Below the pieces are notes generated by a model. The model searched no databases. It was given only the letters and a program-made list of their open reading frames with translations, and was not told the DNA's origin. 64,000 nt of DNA from Okamejei kenojei (taxonomy: Eukaryota). The stretch's first letter is position 1. Each line of letters opens with the position of its first letter. A program made the position numbers and the translations under genes. The stretch is taken from assembly GCA_035221665.1 (NCBI GenBank), contig CM069148.1, positions 7,874,001 to 7,938,000 on the forward strand, read 5' to 3'. Positions 63,016 through 64,000 of the stretch are shown one piece after another.

Positions 63016-64000
63016 TCAAACAAGGCTAGAGTTACACAGTGCATTGACTTCTGTTCCGTGGCACCATCATTGGTGTCAAAGAGCAGAGAGAGTTCAAAAC
63101 CCAGTGATAGAGACAAAAGTCTGGAGTAACGCAGCGGCTCAGACAGCATCTCTGGAGAAAAGGAATAGGTGATGTTTCGGGTCGAAACCCTTCTTCAGAT
63201 TGGGAGTCGGGGGAAAGGGAAGCAAGAGATATAGGTGGTGATGTAGAGAGATAGTGAACAAATGAATGGAAGGTACGCAAAAAAAGCAAGGATGATAAAG
63301 GAAACGGACCATTGTTAGCTGTGAGATAGGTGAAAAAGTGTTACAGACAATGAGACTCAACAAGACAACCCAAAATGTCTTTAATTCCTTTTTACCGGAG
63401 ATGTTGCCTGAGCCGCTGAGTGACCAGCTATTTGTGTCTATCTTTGGTTTAGACCAGCAGTTCCTTCCCACTCAAAACCCAGTGAACTGGTGGAACTTCC
63501 GAGCACGGTTGTACCAATTTCACTCTTGCAGAAGGCGGAAAGCAGTGTACTATGTGTATGAGTAACTGCAACGTCACTGCAGGAGATGTCTGATGAATCA
63601 TTCCTGGTGTCTGAGAAAAAAAATCAACTAAACAAGACGTCCTTAAGTTTGTGGTTTCCGTAGCTTATTCACCATAGACAAGGAACTCACTGGAATATAA
63701 ATAACTCAGATTTAAATGTTAACATATGACGACGTTTCAGTTTAGTTTATTACCAAATCATCGGTTTCCTTTGCCATTGAATTTTAGTAGAAGCTTGCAC
63801 CTTTCAACTCCAGTTCGTTTTGAAGGAAAATATATACAACATTTTATATTCAAACAAGATACCATGTTAGACTTGATTGATACATTCTTCTTAGTCTTGT
63901 GTTCATTAATTTATTTTTTACCATCCACTAGGATGCCCAAAGAGGTTCTGATGAATAAAGTGGAGAAACAGAGAATGTTTCCACTAGTGGGAGAGTCCAG

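Noticed and set aside
4010-63470. Recurrent short hairpin repeat as a CRISPR-like array
   Set aside because: Dispersed, irregularly spaced, both orientations, eukaryotic intron, no spacers or cas genes
11-63565. Many 60-170 aa ORFs in the supplied track sharing peptides such as [22 protein letters not shown] or KCWSNSAGQAASLE
   Set aside because: These are translations of SINE and Penelope-terminus repeats, not protein families

Overview
This is eukaryotic (vertebrate) genomic DNA, almost certainly from a cartilaginous fish and probably a skate or ray, judging by abundant HE1-type V-SINEs and HER1/CR1 LINEs. The whole window lies inside one + strand gene, anoctamin-1 (ANO1/TMEM16A, Ca2+-activated Cl- channel). 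Seven internal coding exons are recovered (55, 52, 56, 42, 65, 135 and 161 nt; 566 nt total), all with AG/GT ends and continuous frame. They are equivalent to human exons ~5-11; the next exon was not found before position 64000. The introns are packed with transposons: >30 HE1 SINEs, CR1, L2, Rex1/Babar and L1 fragments, a solo LTR, four PIF/Harbinger-like MITEs and Penelope-like (GIY-YIG) retroelements. The most striking structure is a family of roughly 40+ short Penelope-terminus-derived elements (counted by eye). They carry a minimal hammerhead-ribozyme core (CTGANGA-A-stemII-GAAAC-GTC) and often insert as TSD-flanked fold-back palindromes, including a perfect 92+1+92 bp one at 6593-6777. 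Repeat boundaries are by eye and approximate; family names come from recognition of motifs, not database searches.
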